Source: a virus. Taken from it: DNA of 64,000 nucleotides. The position numbers and the translations under genes are program-made. Shown here piece by piece: positions 25,244-35,845 of this stretch. The stretch is taken from the IMG/VR virus record IMGVR_UViG_3300032087_003621, positions 1 to 64,000 of that record; one strand, written 5' to 3'. The notes beneath the pieces were generated by a model. That model ran no database searches and was not told the DNA's origin. It was given only the letters and a program-made list of their open reading frames with translations. How positions within the stretch are numbered: position 1 is the first letter of the stretch; every line of letters starts with the position of its first letter.

Positions 25244-26599
25244 ATGATAAAATTAGTTCTTTTTGATTTGGATGGTGTTTTAGTAGACGCTAAAAATATT
25301 CACTATGTGTCTTTGAACAAAGCTCTTCCTGAAGAATATGTTATCACTCCTGAAGAACATCGCAATGTTTATGATGGTAGGAAGACCAAAGAAAAACTCC
25401 AGATGTTAACGGAGTCTAAAGGTCTTCCAGTAGAACTCCACGAATCAATTTTCAACCGTAAACAAAAAGAGACGGTTGAGATGATGCATAACCTACCTAT
25501 CAACACTCATGCCCTAGACCTTTTCAAAGAGTTGGAAAATCTAGGGTATATTATTGGTGTGTGTTCTAATAGTATTCGTAGAACCGTCTTGACAGCTCTT
25601 GCAAAATCTGGTTTAATAGAATACTGTTCAGTTATACTATCTAATGAAGATGTAAAGAACTCAAAACCGCATCCAGAAATATACTGGAAAGCAATGTCTA
25701 TGATGAGTTGTCTTCCCGAAGAGACTGTGATTGTCGAGGACTCTCCGCCTGGTCTTCTAGCTGCTGAAAGATCTAGAGCTTCATATATAAGAGTACAGAG
25801 TCCTAAAGAAGTGACTAGAGAAAACATTATGCCTAAATTAAAATCAGAAAAAATTATAAACTGTTGGAGTGACGAGAAACTAAATGTACTCATACCGATG
25901 GCTGGTGCAGGTACTCGATTCCAACAAGCTGGATACACCTTTCCCAAACCATTGATTGATGTTAATGGTAAACCAATGATTCAAGTTGTGGTTGAGAACT
26001 TAGGCCTCGATGCAAACTATATCTTTGTGGTACAAAAAGAACATCGTGAAAAGTTTCATCTCGAAAACATGTTACCTCTGATCGCTCCTGATGGTCGAGA
26101 TTGCAAGGTTGTAGAAGTAGATGAGTTAACTCAAGGTGCTGCCTGTACTGCACTATTAGCGAAAGAATATATTAATAACGATTCACCGTTGTTCTTTGCT
26201 AATAGTGACCAGTGGGTGGATTGGGACCCTGTTCAGTTTATGTATGATATGCAAGAGTCTGATGCTGATGGTGGTATCGTTATATTTAAAGCAACGCATC
26301 CCAAATGGTCTTATGCTGCAGTAGATATGAAAACGGGTTTAGTAACAGAAGTCGCAGAGAAAAATCCTATCAGTGATTGTGCAACTGTAGGCTATTACTA
26401 TTGGAAACACGGTTCTGATTTTGTCAAGTATGCGGAACAGATGATCGAAAAAGATATTCGTGTTAATAACGAGTTTTATGTGTGCCCTGTGTTTAACGAA
26501 GCGATTGCAGACGGTAAAGAAATTAGAACGAGTATCGCTAAAGAAATGTGGGGATTGGGAACACCCGAAGATTTAGAATATTACCTGAAAGAAAAATAA
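25244..26599 (+). CDS. HAD phosphatase - sugar-phosphate nucleotidyltransferase fusion
   Basis: FDLDGVL, KPHP and EDS, then IPMAGAGTRF...PKPLI...EK...LGTPEDL. Confidence 0.85.
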   Translation: MIKLVLFDLDGVLVDAKNIHYVSLNKALPEEYVITPEEHRNVYDGRKTKEKLQMLTESKGLPVELHESIFNRKQKETVEMMHNLPINTHALDLFKELENLGYIIGVCSNSIRRTVLTALAKSGLIEYCSVILSNEDVKNSKPHPEIYWKAMSMMSCLPEETVIVEDSPPGLLAAERSRASYIRVQSPKEVTRENIMPKLKSEKIINCWSDEKLNVLIPMAGAGTRFQQAGYTFPKPLIDVNGKPMIQVVVENLGLDANYIFVVQKEHREKFHLENMLPLIAPDGRDCKVVEVDELTQGAACTALLAKEYINNDSPLFFANSDQWVDWDPVQFMYDMQESDADGGIVIFKATHPKWSYAAVDMKTGLVTEVAEKNPISDCATVGYYYWKHGSDFVKYAEQMIEKDIRVNNEFYVCPVFNEAIADGKEIRTSIAKEMWGLGTPEDLEYYLKEK

Positions 26600-26611
26600 A
26601 AGAAAACGAAA

Positions 26612-27358
26612 ATGAAAAAAAGTATTTTTATTCATATACCGAAATGTGGTGGAAGTAATTTTTGGTCGGATTTAAATAGAAAACAGTTAGATTCGAATAA
26701 TGAGGTATTATACCCAGATTGGAATCATCTTACATTTGATCAAAAATACTTAACAGAACAATTACGTTTAGTGGACAATGTGAGAGCTGACGAAAACATA
26801 GGTCACGTTAGACTTAGTGATTGGAAACAAGATTTAATTAACGAATATAAACCGTTTGGAATTGTAAGAAACCCTTGGTCTCGGGCCTTTGCACAATATA
26901 AAAATTTCATGAATGATTCTGGGCCCCATGCAAGGGGAGCCGATAGTAATAAACTTCGAGCCCAAGATATTCAGAATAGAAGAACAGTGAGAAAAAAATA
27001 TAATATCGAAAGTTTCGAAAAATGGATGAAAGTGACATTTGAATTATATAATGAAGTGCCTTATACGTGGTTGTCGGCCCATGAAAATTGGTGGTCACAA
27101 AAAAGTTATTTGGTTGATACAAATGATAACTTCGTCTCCGATGTTCTGAGACTTGAAAATTATGATAACGACGTGAAAAAATATTTTTCCGTACAATTTC
27201 ATAAAACTAATGTAGCTAAAGATTCTACTAAGTATACGGAAGTATATGACGATAGATTAATACAGTTTGTTGCAGATGTGATGAAAGAAGATATAGATTT
27301 TTTTGGTTTCGATTTTGATACCTCTGCAACTAAAAATTTGTGGAAAGAAATATTATGA
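26612..27358 (+). CDS. Sulfotransferase (Sulfotransfer_2-like)
   Basis: FIHIPKCGGS PAPS-binding motif, VRNPWSR, EDIDFFGF. Confidence 0.8.
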   Translation: MKKSIFIHIPKCGGSNFWSDLNRKQLDSNNEVLYPDWNHLTFDQKYLTEQLRLVDNVRADENIGHVRLSDWKQDLINEYKPFGIVRNPWSRAFAQYKNFMNDSGPHARGADSNKLRAQDIQNRRTVRKKYNIESFEKWMKVTFELYNEVPYTWLSAHENWWSQKSYLVDTNDNFVSDVLRLENYDNDVKKYFSVQFHKTNVAKDSTKYTEVYDDRLIQFVADVMKEDIDFFGFDFDTSATKNLWKEIL

Positions 27359-28092
27359 AAGTAGCAGTTTGTGTAAGTGGTTTAACATATCCCGATTCAC
27401 CAAAATTAATGAAAGAACTTGAAAATAGATTTCCACATTATTCTTTTTTCTATGGTGTGTGGAAAGGTCGAGAAGATGATATTTCAAGAAAGTTTAAAGC
27501 ATTCTCTTTTGATGAACCGGAAGCAACTTATCATCCTTATTTGGATATAGACAGAAAAACTTGGCCACCAAATATTGACCATATCGTAGGTTTGCTCGAA
27601 GAAAAACGCAGTAGAAACCCTCCAGAATTGGAATGGATTAATAAGAGTAAACATCAGACTAAACAAATCTTAATGCATTCTCATATGTTGGATAGTATTC
27701 CAGAAGAATACGATATGATAATTCGAGCTAGATGGGACCTGTGGTTATATGATAAAACCATACCTTATGAAGATTATGTAAAAGAATCTTACTATTTAAA
27801 CAAACCAATTGGTTGGGCTAGAAAAATGAGTAGAAACAACGGTTCTCATTGGTCGGCAAAAGGCACGCATAGAAATCATTGGTGGGAAGGATTTATATGT
27901 GATCTTATGATTATGCATCCAAGAAAACTTTTTAAGAAAGATAAAGTATGGAAATTGCACGAAGAACAAAAACTTTTGGCCGCCGAATTTGGTTGGTACC
28001 AATCTTTGTGTGATGATAGAAGTGAAAAACACGATTGTTACTTTGCTAATTTAAACATGACGAGTCGAGATAGATACCAGAGATGGGCGTGA
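27355..28092 (+). CDS. Glycosyltransferase-like hypothetical protein
   Basis: KVAVCVSG...YDMIIRARWD pattern within the glycan island. Confidence 0.5.
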   Translation: MKVAVCVSGLTYPDSPKLMKELENRFPHYSFFYGVWKGREDDISRKFKAFSFDEPEATYHPYLDIDRKTWPPNIDHIVGLLEEKRSRNPPELEWINKSKHQTKQILMHSHMLDSIPEEYDMIIRARWDLWLYDKTIPYEDYVKESYYLNKPIGWARKMSRNNGSHWSAKGTHRNHWWEGFICDLMIMHPRKLFKKDKVWKLHEEQKLLAAEFGWYQSLCDDRSEKHDCYFANLNMTSRDRYQRWA

Positions 28093-28103
28093 GGTGAAAC
28101 ATT

Positions 28104-28949
28104 ATGAGAAATTTAATCTACCAATATTGGGATACGTATCAAATCAAAGGAATTCCTTCTGCCGTACAAGTGTCAAGAGACAACATAAAGGCATATGCTG
28201 ATAAAATTGGTGCTGAATATTTATTCGAATTAAATCCAAAACGACTACATTATGATCCTTCAGCCGCTTACCACAGTGCATTGAATCCAGTATTCCGTGA
28301 AGAATTCCATGAGTATGACAACGTATTGTTTTTGGACGCCGATGTTTATGCGGTTGAAGGTCTAGAAGAAAATATATTCGAAAATTTTTCTGGTGAAATT
28401 GGAATTTGTGAAGAGATATTTGAACCCAAGGCTCAAATTATAGAAGATAAACGTCGATTGGGTAGACCTGTTTACGAAGCTTGGGCAAAAGCTGTCGAAA
28501 GTCGTTATCGAATGAAATTACCTAGAACTAAAGATGGTTTACTCAGAGCGTTTAATAGTGGTGTTGTCCTTTGGTCTAAAGAAGGACTAAAAAAAGCAAA
28601 AGAGAGTTTTATAGAATTCGAAGATTATATTACATGTGTTAGACTGAACAGATTGGAGAAATTTCTTGCAGCTGACCAACATTATCTTAACACGTGTATG
28701 TGGAAATCGAAAATGGATGTTCAAATTATGGATTGTAAATGGAACACTTTAATACTACCTTTTAATAAGAGTCCAACTGAAATTCTCTTTGACCGCAACG
28801 AAAACACCTGTTTTGTTCATGTTCAACTTCGTGGTATGAGATGGGAACAACCGCCGGAAGTCATTTGGAAAATTGTCAACCTGCCTGTTGAGGAATGGGG
28901 TTTTGGATTTACCAACATTACTGAAAGAGAAAGATCAAGACTACTATGA
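28104..28949 (+). CDS. GT-A glycosyltransferase
   Basis: LIYQY, FLDADVY, FNSGVVL, DQHYLN, WN. Confidence 0.75.
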   Translation: MRNLIYQYWDTYQIKGIPSAVQVSRDNIKAYADKIGAEYLFELNPKRLHYDPSAAYHSALNPVFREEFHEYDNVLFLDADVYAVEGLEENIFENFSGEIGICEEIFEPKAQIIEDKRRLGRPVYEAWAKAVESRYRMKLPRTKDGLLRAFNSGVVLWSKEGLKKAKESFIEFEDYITCVRLNRLEKFLAADQHYLNTCMWKSKMDVQIMDCKWNTLILPFNKSPTEILFDRNENTCFVHVQLRGMRWEQPPEVIWKIVNLPVEEWGFGFTNITERERSRLL

Positions 28950-29614
28950 ATATAATTTTACAACACTTTGATGGTGAACTTAGACCACTAGACAAATTGT
29001 CTATTGAAAATATTAAAACATATGCAGAAAAGGTTGGTGCTGAATATAAACTAATAACTGGGCGTCCCTTCAGAAAACACTTGACATCACCCTGTCAAAA
29101 AGTGTATCTTATAGACAAGGAGTTTGATGATTATGATGATGTCTTAATGTTAGACATCGATATGTTTGTTCCGAAAGACATGAATGAAAATGTATTTGAT
29201 GTTCCAGGCATAGGTCTTTATGCTGACACACAAAAAAGACTTCATTCTAGGTTAGCACAAATACACCCTCTTCAAGCTTCCTTGTTTAGTCCTTATTGGG
29301 GCGGTGCGATTTATAAACTGGATAGGGAATCTAGAATTAAACTCCGAAGTGGTTTAGGGGGAAATGAAAGTTGGATGGACGCTTATAACAAAGCGTATAC
29401 ATATGAAGATGAAGGTATCATGCATACACTGGCTTTTAAAACTGGGTTTAGTCCAAAAAACCCTTACATGGATAATAAATGGTGTCAGTGTAGTTTTTTA
29501 CCTAATCCAGAAAAGGCCGGTTTCATTCATATCAGAACTAAGATAACACCTACAGGACCCAAAAGGGAAAAAATAGAAAACTATAATGAGTTAGTGAATA
29601 AAGGTATTATATAA
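28946..29614 (+). CDS. GT-A glycosyltransferase
   Basis: YAEKVGAEY, MLDIDMF, DEGIMH. Confidence 0.65.
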   Translation: MNIILQHFDGELRPLDKLSIENIKTYAEKVGAEYKLITGRPFRKHLTSPCQKVYLIDKEFDDYDDVLMLDIDMFVPKDMNENVFDVPGIGLYADTQKRLHSRLAQIHPLQASLFSPYWGGAIYKLDRESRIKLRSGLGGNESWMDAYNKAYTYEDEGIMHTLAFKTGFSPKNPYMDNKWCQCSFLPNPEKAGFIHIRTKITPTGPKREKIENYNELVNKGII

Positions 29615-30526
29615 ATGAACGTTCTTATCACCGGACATTCCGGTTTTCTTGGAGACCATACAGCTAAATATTTTATCAGTAAGGGTCACAAAGTTTATGG
29701 TCTTTCAAGATCTATTCGACAAAACTGTGAATATCAACAATATGCTTGCGACATTCTAGATAAAAATAAAGTCTCACAAATTGTCAGTGAAAAATTCATT
29801 GGACAGATAATTCATATTGCAGGTAAACCTATTGTTGCTGATTGCGATAAAGACCCCTTCAATGCTTTTATGATTAATGGTTTAGGTACAGCATCAATCT
29901 TAGAAGCAGCAAAGTTCGCTGGGTGTGAAAAAACCATTGTAGTAGAAACTGATAAAGTTTATGGTTTTCAAGAAGAAGTTCCTACAAAAGAAGATGCGGA
30001 ATTAAAACCAAACTCACCTTATGAGTTATCTAAAGCGTTGTCTGCACAGTTCTGTGATTTCTATCGCAAGCATTATAGTATGGATATTGTTAGTGTAAGA
30101 CCTGTGAATCTTTTTGGTGAAGGTGACTATTCTTACAGTAGAGTTATTCCGGCATCGATGAGAAATGTTAATCAAGGTGTTGGTATTCCAGTACATGAAG
30201 ATGGTGATAAAATTTTTAGAGATTTTCTTTATGTGAAAGATGCAGCTGAAATGTTGTATATCCTATCAACAAATAAAACAAAACACAAGGTGTATAATTT
30301 TAGTTCCAATTCAGCTATCTCGATTACTCAACTGGCTAAAGACATTACTAGAATCTTGAACCATAACGTAAGTCCTGTTACAATTAAAAAACCTGGCAAT
30401 TATAGAGAGATACCTTATCAGTCTATCGATGGTTCTAGATTTATTGAAGAGTTCGATTATAAATTCACTCCTTTCGAAGTTGCAATAAAAGAAACTCATG
30501 AGGCATATAAAAAGGCGTTCGAATGA
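29615..30526 (+). CDS. NAD-dependent nucleotide-sugar epimerase/dehydratase (CDP-glucose 4,6-dehydratase-like)
   Basis: ITGHSGFLG, TDKVYG, YELSK, RPVNLFGEGD, RDFLYVKD. Confidence 0.9.
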   Translation: MNVLITGHSGFLGDHTAKYFISKGHKVYGLSRSIRQNCEYQQYACDILDKNKVSQIVSEKFIGQIIHIAGKPIVADCDKDPFNAFMINGLGTASILEAAKFAGCEKTIVVETDKVYGFQEEVPTKEDAELKPNSPYELSKALSAQFCDFYRKHYSMDIVSVRPVNLFGEGDYSYSRVIPASMRNVNQGVGIPVHEDGDKIFRDFLYVKDAAEMLYILSTNKTKHKVYNFSSNSAISITQLAKDITRILNHNVSPVTIKKPGNYREIPYQSIDGSRFIEEFDYKFTPFEVAIKETHEAYKKAFE

Positions 30527-31338
30527 AACATTTGATATATCAATATTATGACGGCGAAATTTTATCTGGTACAAAAGCTTCTGTCAAACTGATGAAAGAA
30601 TATGCCGGCAGAATCGGTGCAGACTATATTTTCGAAGAAAATCCCCAGTGGCTTTTAAAACAAAATCGAAGGGTTGGTAGATACACACCACATTACGGTC
30701 AATTTAAAGTTGTGTATGATCCTTTTTTTGAAAAATACGATAGCATTCTTTTTTTGGACACAGATATCTATCCGGTTGATGGACTAACTGAAAATATATT
30801 TGAAGTGCCTGTAAAACATTTAGGCATCTGTACCGAAGGATTACAACCGGATTTGCGTAAAAAAACTAGGGGAAATATAAACCACTATTCTGATGAAAGA
30901 TTTGCTTCCGTTATAAAAAACATCTATAATAAAGAATTACCCAGAAGACAAGATGGTCTACTGAAAGTTTATAATAGCGGTGTTGTTCTTTATACCAAAG
31001 AAGGTAGAGAACATTGCAGAAAAAATTTCATTAAGTTCGAACCATTCTATAAGATTGTGGTTTCTTCTGGCTTAGATTCTTTTTACGCTTCTGACCAAGG
31101 GTATCTTCATGCCATGTTAAAAATTGCTAAAATAGATTGGACGGAATTAGATTCAGGTTGGAATAGTTATGTGCACTATAAACCGGAAACTGACGGACCT
31201 AGAAGACCAGTTATAGATACTCGAACCGAAAACACTAAATTCGTCCACATTCAACTTAGGGCAGCTGACCATTATGATTATGATAAGTTATGGAGAATAA
31301 CAAATCTGGAAGAAAGTGCCTGGGGCATATATGAATGA
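30523..31338 (+). CDS. GT-A glycosyltransferase (paralog of 28104)
   Basis: LIYQYY, FLDTDIY, YNSGVVL, SDQGYLH, FVHIQLR. Confidence 0.75.
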   Translation: MKHLIYQYYDGEILSGTKASVKLMKEYAGRIGADYIFEENPQWLLKQNRRVGRYTPHYGQFKVVYDPFFEKYDSILFLDTDIYPVDGLTENIFEVPVKHLGICTEGLQPDLRKKTRGNINHYSDERFASVIKNIYNKELPRRQDGLLKVYNSGVVLYTKEGREHCRKNFIKFEPFYKIVVSSGLDSFYASDQGYLHAMLKIAKIDWTELDSGWNSYVHYKPETDGPRRPVIDTRTENTKFVHIQLRAADHYDYDKLWRITNLEESAWGIYE

Positions 31339-31895
31339 AAATTTATGAATATAAAAATTACGAAGATTATGTAGAATGGCAAACAAAGGTTAATAAAATT
31401 AAATTAGATTGGGTTTATGTTCGAGAAAATGTAATCAAAATTATCTGTAAAAAAACCCCCTTTGCGAGTTTTATTATATGTCATGGAACGAGAAATGGCG
31501 CTGAACAAAAATTCTTTAAGAAAAGGTTTCCTGAAGCATACATTATCGGAACAGAAATTAGTGATACGGCTTCACAGTTTGAAATGACAATTCAACATGA
31601 TTTTACTATTCCCAAAGAAGAATGGATAGGAAAAGCTGACATAGTGTATTCAAATTCTTTTGATCATACTATAGAACCAGAAAAAACTATAATGACATGG
31701 AAAGATCAATTATCGTCTTCAGGAGTACTTTATTTAGAATATAGTGAATCAGATTCGGTTTGTGAAGCAGGCGATCCACTTTTAGCTACTCAACATGAAA
31801 TTGAAAGTCTTATCACAAGTAAAGATATGACCATCACTGAAAAATTTTTAGGAAGTAAAACAAGCACAGTTTTAGTTTGTAGGAGAAACGATTAA
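31335..31895 (+). CDS. SAM-dependent methyltransferase-like protein
   Basis: ICHGTRNGAE, IGTEIS, DIVYSNSFDH, GVLYLE. Confidence 0.65.
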   Translation: MKIYEYKNYEDYVEWQTKVNKIKLDWVYVRENVIKIICKKTPFASFIICHGTRNGAEQKFFKKRFPEAYIIGTEISDTASQFEMTIQHDFTIPKEEWIGKADIVYSNSFDHTIEPEKTIMTWKDQLSSSGVLYLEYSESDSVCEAGDPLLATQHEIESLITSKDMTITEKFLGSKTSTVLVCRRND

Positions 31896-32482
31896 TGATA
31901 AATGCTAAATTGGACCATGTAAAAACCTTACCCGAATTTTATACTGAAATACGAAAACAACAAGAAGAGGCTCACGGTTCTGAATATTGTTGGCAACATG
32001 ATGCTATGCAAAAACTTATGCGGGAAGAATGTAACACCTATAAAGAGTTAGGAACTCATCAAGGTGCCAGTGCTGCAGCCGCGTGTTTAACAAATCCAAA
32101 ATCCGCTGAACTGATAGACATTAATCACGAGAAGATTCGTCCCTTCGAACACATATTCGTAGAATATTGCAAAGAAAATAATATTAAATTGAACATTCGT
32201 GAAATGTCTTCTATCGACCCTAAGTCGGTAAGTCCAGTAGATTTATTGTTAATTGATAGTAATCATCAACCCACGCATTTGATTAAAGAACTTCAATTAC
32301 ATAAAGATTATGTGAGAAAATATATTGTTTTGCACGATACTTCGAGGTTATTCGGAAAACAAGACGATAGGTTGTGGCAAGTTGCTCAGGGCTTTTGTTC
32401 TGGTATTACTCCTTGGGTAATACATTATAGAGAAACAATTAATGTTGGTTATACAGTTTTGAGAAATACGATTAATACATAA
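31895..32482 (+). CDS. Class I SAM methyltransferase (Methyltransf_24-like)
   Basis: ELGTHQGAS, DLLLIDSNH, YIVLHDT. Confidence 0.75.
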   Translation: MINAKLDHVKTLPEFYTEIRKQQEEAHGSEYCWQHDAMQKLMREECNTYKELGTHQGASAAAACLTNPKSAELIDINHEKIRPFEHIFVEYCKENNIKLNIREMSSIDPKSVSPVDLLLIDSNHQPTHLIKELQLHKDYVRKYIVLHDTSRLFGKQDDRLWQVAQGFCSGITPWVIHYRETINVGYTVLRNTINT

Positions 32483-33129
32483 TGAAATCATTTGTTATAA
32501 CAATCAAATCAAACCCCAAGTCTGTAGAGGCCGCGTCTCGTTGTGTAAAGTCGATGCCTGAACACAATGTACAAATGTTCGATGCGATTACACCAAAAGA
32601 CAATCCTGAAAAATTGTTTGAGGAAAAGGGCATCAACCCCGAAGGTTTTATTGAAAAGTATTCTTATCTTGAATCGTGTATGTCTGCCTTTCTTTCTCAC
32701 CATACGCTATGGGAGAAGTGTGTACAGGATAATCAAGAATACCAAATCTTTGAACACGATGCTGTGGCGGTAAATAATGTCCCTTTGTTCATTAACTATG
32801 ACAAAGTAATCTCTTTGGGTCAACCTAGTTATGGAAAGTATAATACCCCAATGCACATTGGTGCTGGACCACTAGTGTCGAAGAGATATTTTCCAGGCGC
32901 CCATGCATACAGACTAAAACCTGCCGGTGCGAAGATTCTTATTGAGTCTGCAAAAACCAAAGGTGGCCCAACAGACGTTTACCTTAACTTGGTTCACTTT
33001 CCTTGGTTAGAGGAGTTCTATCCTTGGCCTGTTGTTGCAAAAGATTATTTCACAACCATTCAAAAAACCGAAGGGTGCTTAGCGAAACATAATTGGAAAG
33101 GTGGTCAGAATTATGAAATCGTTCGATAA
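32482..33129 (+). CDS. GT25-like glycosyltransferase
   Basis: FVITI, FDAI, FLSHHTLWEKC, IFEHDA, GAHAY. Confidence 0.8.
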   Translation: MKSFVITIKSNPKSVEAASRCVKSMPEHNVQMFDAITPKDNPEKLFEEKGINPEGFIEKYSYLESCMSAFLSHHTLWEKCVQDNQEYQIFEHDAVAVNNVPLFINYDKVISLGQPSYGKYNTPMHIGAGPLVSKRYFPGAHAYRLKPAGAKILIESAKTKGGPTDVYLNLVHFPWLEEFYPWPVVAKDYFTTIQKTEGCLAKHNWKGGQNYEIVR

Positions 33130-33772
33130 GTGTTTCGTCACTGGATGTGACCAAAACACCGAATGGATGTTGCCATGGTTCATGAAGAACTACCTGAAAC
33201 ACAATAAAACTCCCATAGTGTTCGCTGACTTTGGAGTCAGTGATGCGACTCGTGCCTGGGCATATCAGATTGGTGGTTTCGCTGAAATGTTCCAAGTTGA
33301 TAAACAGAGAACGGGTGGGTGGTTCTATAAACCACAAGCGTTAAGAAAAACTAACGGAAAATATGTTTGCTGGTTAGATACAGATATTCATATCCTTGGT
33401 GATATGTCTGGCGTCTTCGATCATTTCGAACCTAACAAATTAGCTATGGTGGAAGATGTTGGGTGGAGTAAACGAAGAGGAGAAACATGGCACAACTCTG
33501 GTGTTGTAGGAATAATTGATAAACCAAACATCTTGACACAGTGGGAACAACAGTGTAAAATAAACCCTTCAGTCGGAGATCAGGAAGTTCTTCACGAAAT
33601 GGTTAGAGTTAGTCCTTTAGCGAGAATGTCAAACATTACTTCTTTACCTAATATATACAACTGGATGCGTCTTCAAATATTGGATGGACAAGACAATCCA
33701 AATAAACTGGCTATGCATTGGACGGGTTTTAGGGGTAAAGAACAGATTAGGAAGATAATGTATAATGAATAA
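33113..33772 (+). CDS. GT-A glycosyltransferase
   Basis: ADFG, WFYKP, WLDTDI, HNSGVV, GDQEVL, HWTG. Confidence 0.75.
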   Translation: MKSFDKCFVTGCDQNTEWMLPWFMKNYLKHNKTPIVFADFGVSDATRAWAYQIGGFAEMFQVDKQRTGGWFYKPQALRKTNGKYVCWLDTDIHILGDMSGVFDHFEPNKLAMVEDVGWSKRRGETWHNSGVVGIIDKPNILTQWEQQCKINPSVGDQEVLHEMVRVSPLARMSNITSLPNIYNWMRLQILDGQDNPNKLAMHWTGFRGKEQIRKIMYNE

Positions 33773-34559
33773 GAATGACGTTGTTCACATTATTGGTAAC
33801 GGAGACAAAAGTGTTTTCTGGAATGAAATGAATGAACCAGAAGGTGTTCGTTTAGTCTGTAATATGCCACCGTTTCACGTCGAAGACGTATATGCAACCG
33901 TGATGGTTGATTTTAAAATGATGATGGCGTTGACCGAAGGTCACGTGAATCTGGATATGTACCGTTGGGTTTTAGGTAATCGTCCTAAAATATGGATGAA
34001 TGACCCTAGACAATCTTCCTTTTATTTGAAGTATGCACAAAACATTAGAGAATTTTATTTACATGTTCCTGAATATTGTGGACCAGTAGGTGAACCACAA
34101 TCCGCTACAAACTTTAACTGTGGTCACATGGCGACTCACTTCGCTGCGACTAAGTTCAAACCCAAAGAAATTCATATGTATGGTTTTGATACCATCATGG
34201 ATTTTAATATGAGATCTATTACCGATGTATATTTGAATAGTGACCGTTCAAATACAAATAATTATAGGCTGTTGAATAACTGGCGCCCAATATGGTATCA
34301 TTTATTTAAGGAGTTTGAAGGTCAGACTCGATTTATTCTTCATCACGATCATGATGAGATGAAAATTCCTCAAGGAAAAAATGTCGAAGTTGTGACACAC
34401 AAAACACGCAAACAAGAAAAACTTGATAAAAAAGAAGCCGTTAAGGCAATGGAATCACGAGAGATTCTAACTGAAGAACAACTATCAAAACTCAACCGTA
34501 AACAAAGAAGGGTGTACGAAGCTAAGTTGCGTAAAGGTAAACTCAAGGCACGAAAATAA
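33765..34559 (+). CDS. Conserved hypothetical protein (glycosyltransferase-like, IIGNG motif)
   Basis: HIIGNG, CN, FNCGHMA, IHMYGFD. Confidence 0.55.
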   Translation: MNKNDVVHIIGNGDKSVFWNEMNEPEGVRLVCNMPPFHVEDVYATVMVDFKMMMALTEGHVNLDMYRWVLGNRPKIWMNDPRQSSFYLKYAQNIREFYLHVPEYCGPVGEPQSATNFNCGHMATHFAATKFKPKEIHMYGFDTIMDFNMRSITDVYLNSDRSNTNNYRLLNNWRPIWYHLFKEFEGQTRFILHHDHDEMKIPQGKNVEVVTHKTRKQEKLDKKEAVKAMESREILTEEQLSKLNRKQRRVYEAKLRKGKLKARK

Positions 34560-34562
34560 ATT

Positions 34563-35228
34563 ATGTTCGAACATGTGAAAATTGATTTGGGGTATGATGA
34601 CCTCCAATCTGTTACAGAAGAATCTGGCCGTAGATACGCTACACCGACTGGAACAAAATATCCATCTATCACTACGGTACTCAGTATTCTGTCTAAGGAT
34701 TCAATTGCGAAATGGCGAAAAAGAATAGGCGAAGACAAAGCCGACCAAATTACTTTTCGTGCTTCTCAAAGAGGTACAAGTGTTCACGAATTAATCGAAA
34801 AATACATAAATAACGATTCGAAATATTTGTCTGGTTACATGCCAAACATTGTTGCTAACTTCTTATCTGTTAAGGATATCTTAGATGAACGAATCGGAAA
34901 AGTATACGGCCAGGAACTTCCTCTTTATAGCGACCATCTACGTCTTGCTGGGCGTGTCGATTGTGTTGCTGAATTTGACGGAAAGATATCGATCATTGAC
35001 TTCAAAACTTCCCGAAAACTCAAGCGTCGAGAGTACATCGAAAACTACTTCTGCCAAGAAGCTGGGTACGCTGTCATGTGGGAAGAACGAACTGGAATGC
35101 CAATTGAACAACTCGTTACTATAATCGCTGTAGATGATGAAGACCCCCAAATCTTTATCGAAACGAGAGATAAGTGGATTGGTAAACTTATCGAAACTGT
35201 AGAACTCTACGAGAACACCCCCAACTGA
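34563..35228 (+). CDS. PD-(D/E)XK exonuclease (Cas4-like phage exonuclease)
   Basis: YPSITTVL, RGTSVH, LAGRVDCV, IIDFKTS, YFCQ...Y. Confidence 0.85.
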   Translation: MFEHVKIDLGYDDLQSVTEESGRRYATPTGTKYPSITTVLSILSKDSIAKWRKRIGEDKADQITFRASQRGTSVHELIEKYINNDSKYLSGYMPNIVANFLSVKDILDERIGKVYGQELPLYSDHLRLAGRVDCVAEFDGKISIIDFKTSRKLKRREYIENYFCQEAGYAVMWEERTGMPIEQLVTIIAVDDEDPQIFIETRDKWIGKLIETVELYENTPN

Positions 35229-35264
35229 TGAAAATCTGGAATATAATGTATTCCTAAATTTCAT
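35228..35264. repeat. 37-bp imperfect palindrome, copy 1
   Basis: ATGAAAATCTGGAATA-TAATG-TATTCCTAAATTTCAT. Confidence 0.8.
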
Positions 35265-35275
35265 GCTTTTTTCTG

Positions 35276-35304
35276 TTGACAAACTTGTCGTTACGTGAGA
35301 TCAT
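35276..35304 (+). promoter_or_regulatory. sigma70-type early promoter
   Basis: TTGACA-17-GATCAT, followed by an AAGGAG RBS. Confidence 0.6.
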
Positions 35305-35328
35305 TACCACGTAATTAAGGAGATTGAT

Positions 35329-35520
35329 ATGGAATTAGTCGGTAAACGAGTTGACGCATTCTTCGGTGCTCTAGAACCTACCGTTGGTGGTAAGATATGG
35401 GCTGTTCAATGGGGTCATGCTTACATCGAGACCGACATCGGTGAGAAGTATAAAATCGCTATCGAGGACTTAAAAACTGGTCCGTTCGGTAAGGTTGGTA
35501 TCTACTTGGAGGAGTTGTAA
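35329..35520 (+). CDS. Hypothetical early protein
   Basis: AAGGAG RBS, 63 aa. Confidence 0.6.
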   Translation: MELVGKRVDAFFGALEPTVGGKIWAVQWGHAYIETDIGEKYKIAIEDLKTGPFGKVGIYLEEL

Positions 35521-35623
35521 TGGACGAAACTGTTAAAGAAATCGTTGCTGGTGTTGTGGGTCTTTTGGGTATTTTCGCTTTTATGGTAGCACTCGCTATA
35601 TTACCTTGGGGAGTGATTTAACT

Positions 35624-35845
35624 GTGGCAGTAAAACTTAAGCAAGAAATCACTGTTTGGGACAAGTGTGAATATGAGGTTCCGAATCATATCTATTTGAT
35701 AGAAAATCGTCAATTGGTCGGATATATTCCTGTGGGGACTACAAAGGCACAGTATTTCAAACAACCAAAAAAACAGTGGGCCACCACTCGTCGCAAGTTT
35801 CGAGACATCACGAGTAAAAAAGAACTCGCAATGTATGAATTTTAG
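35624..35845 (+). CDS. Hypothetical early protein
   Basis: QEITVWD....PNHIY...RRKF motif. GTG start after GGAG. Confidence 0.6.
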   Translation: MAVKLKQEITVWDKCEYEVPNHIYLIENRQLVGYIPVGTTKAQYFKQPKKQWATTRRKFRDITSKKELAMYEF

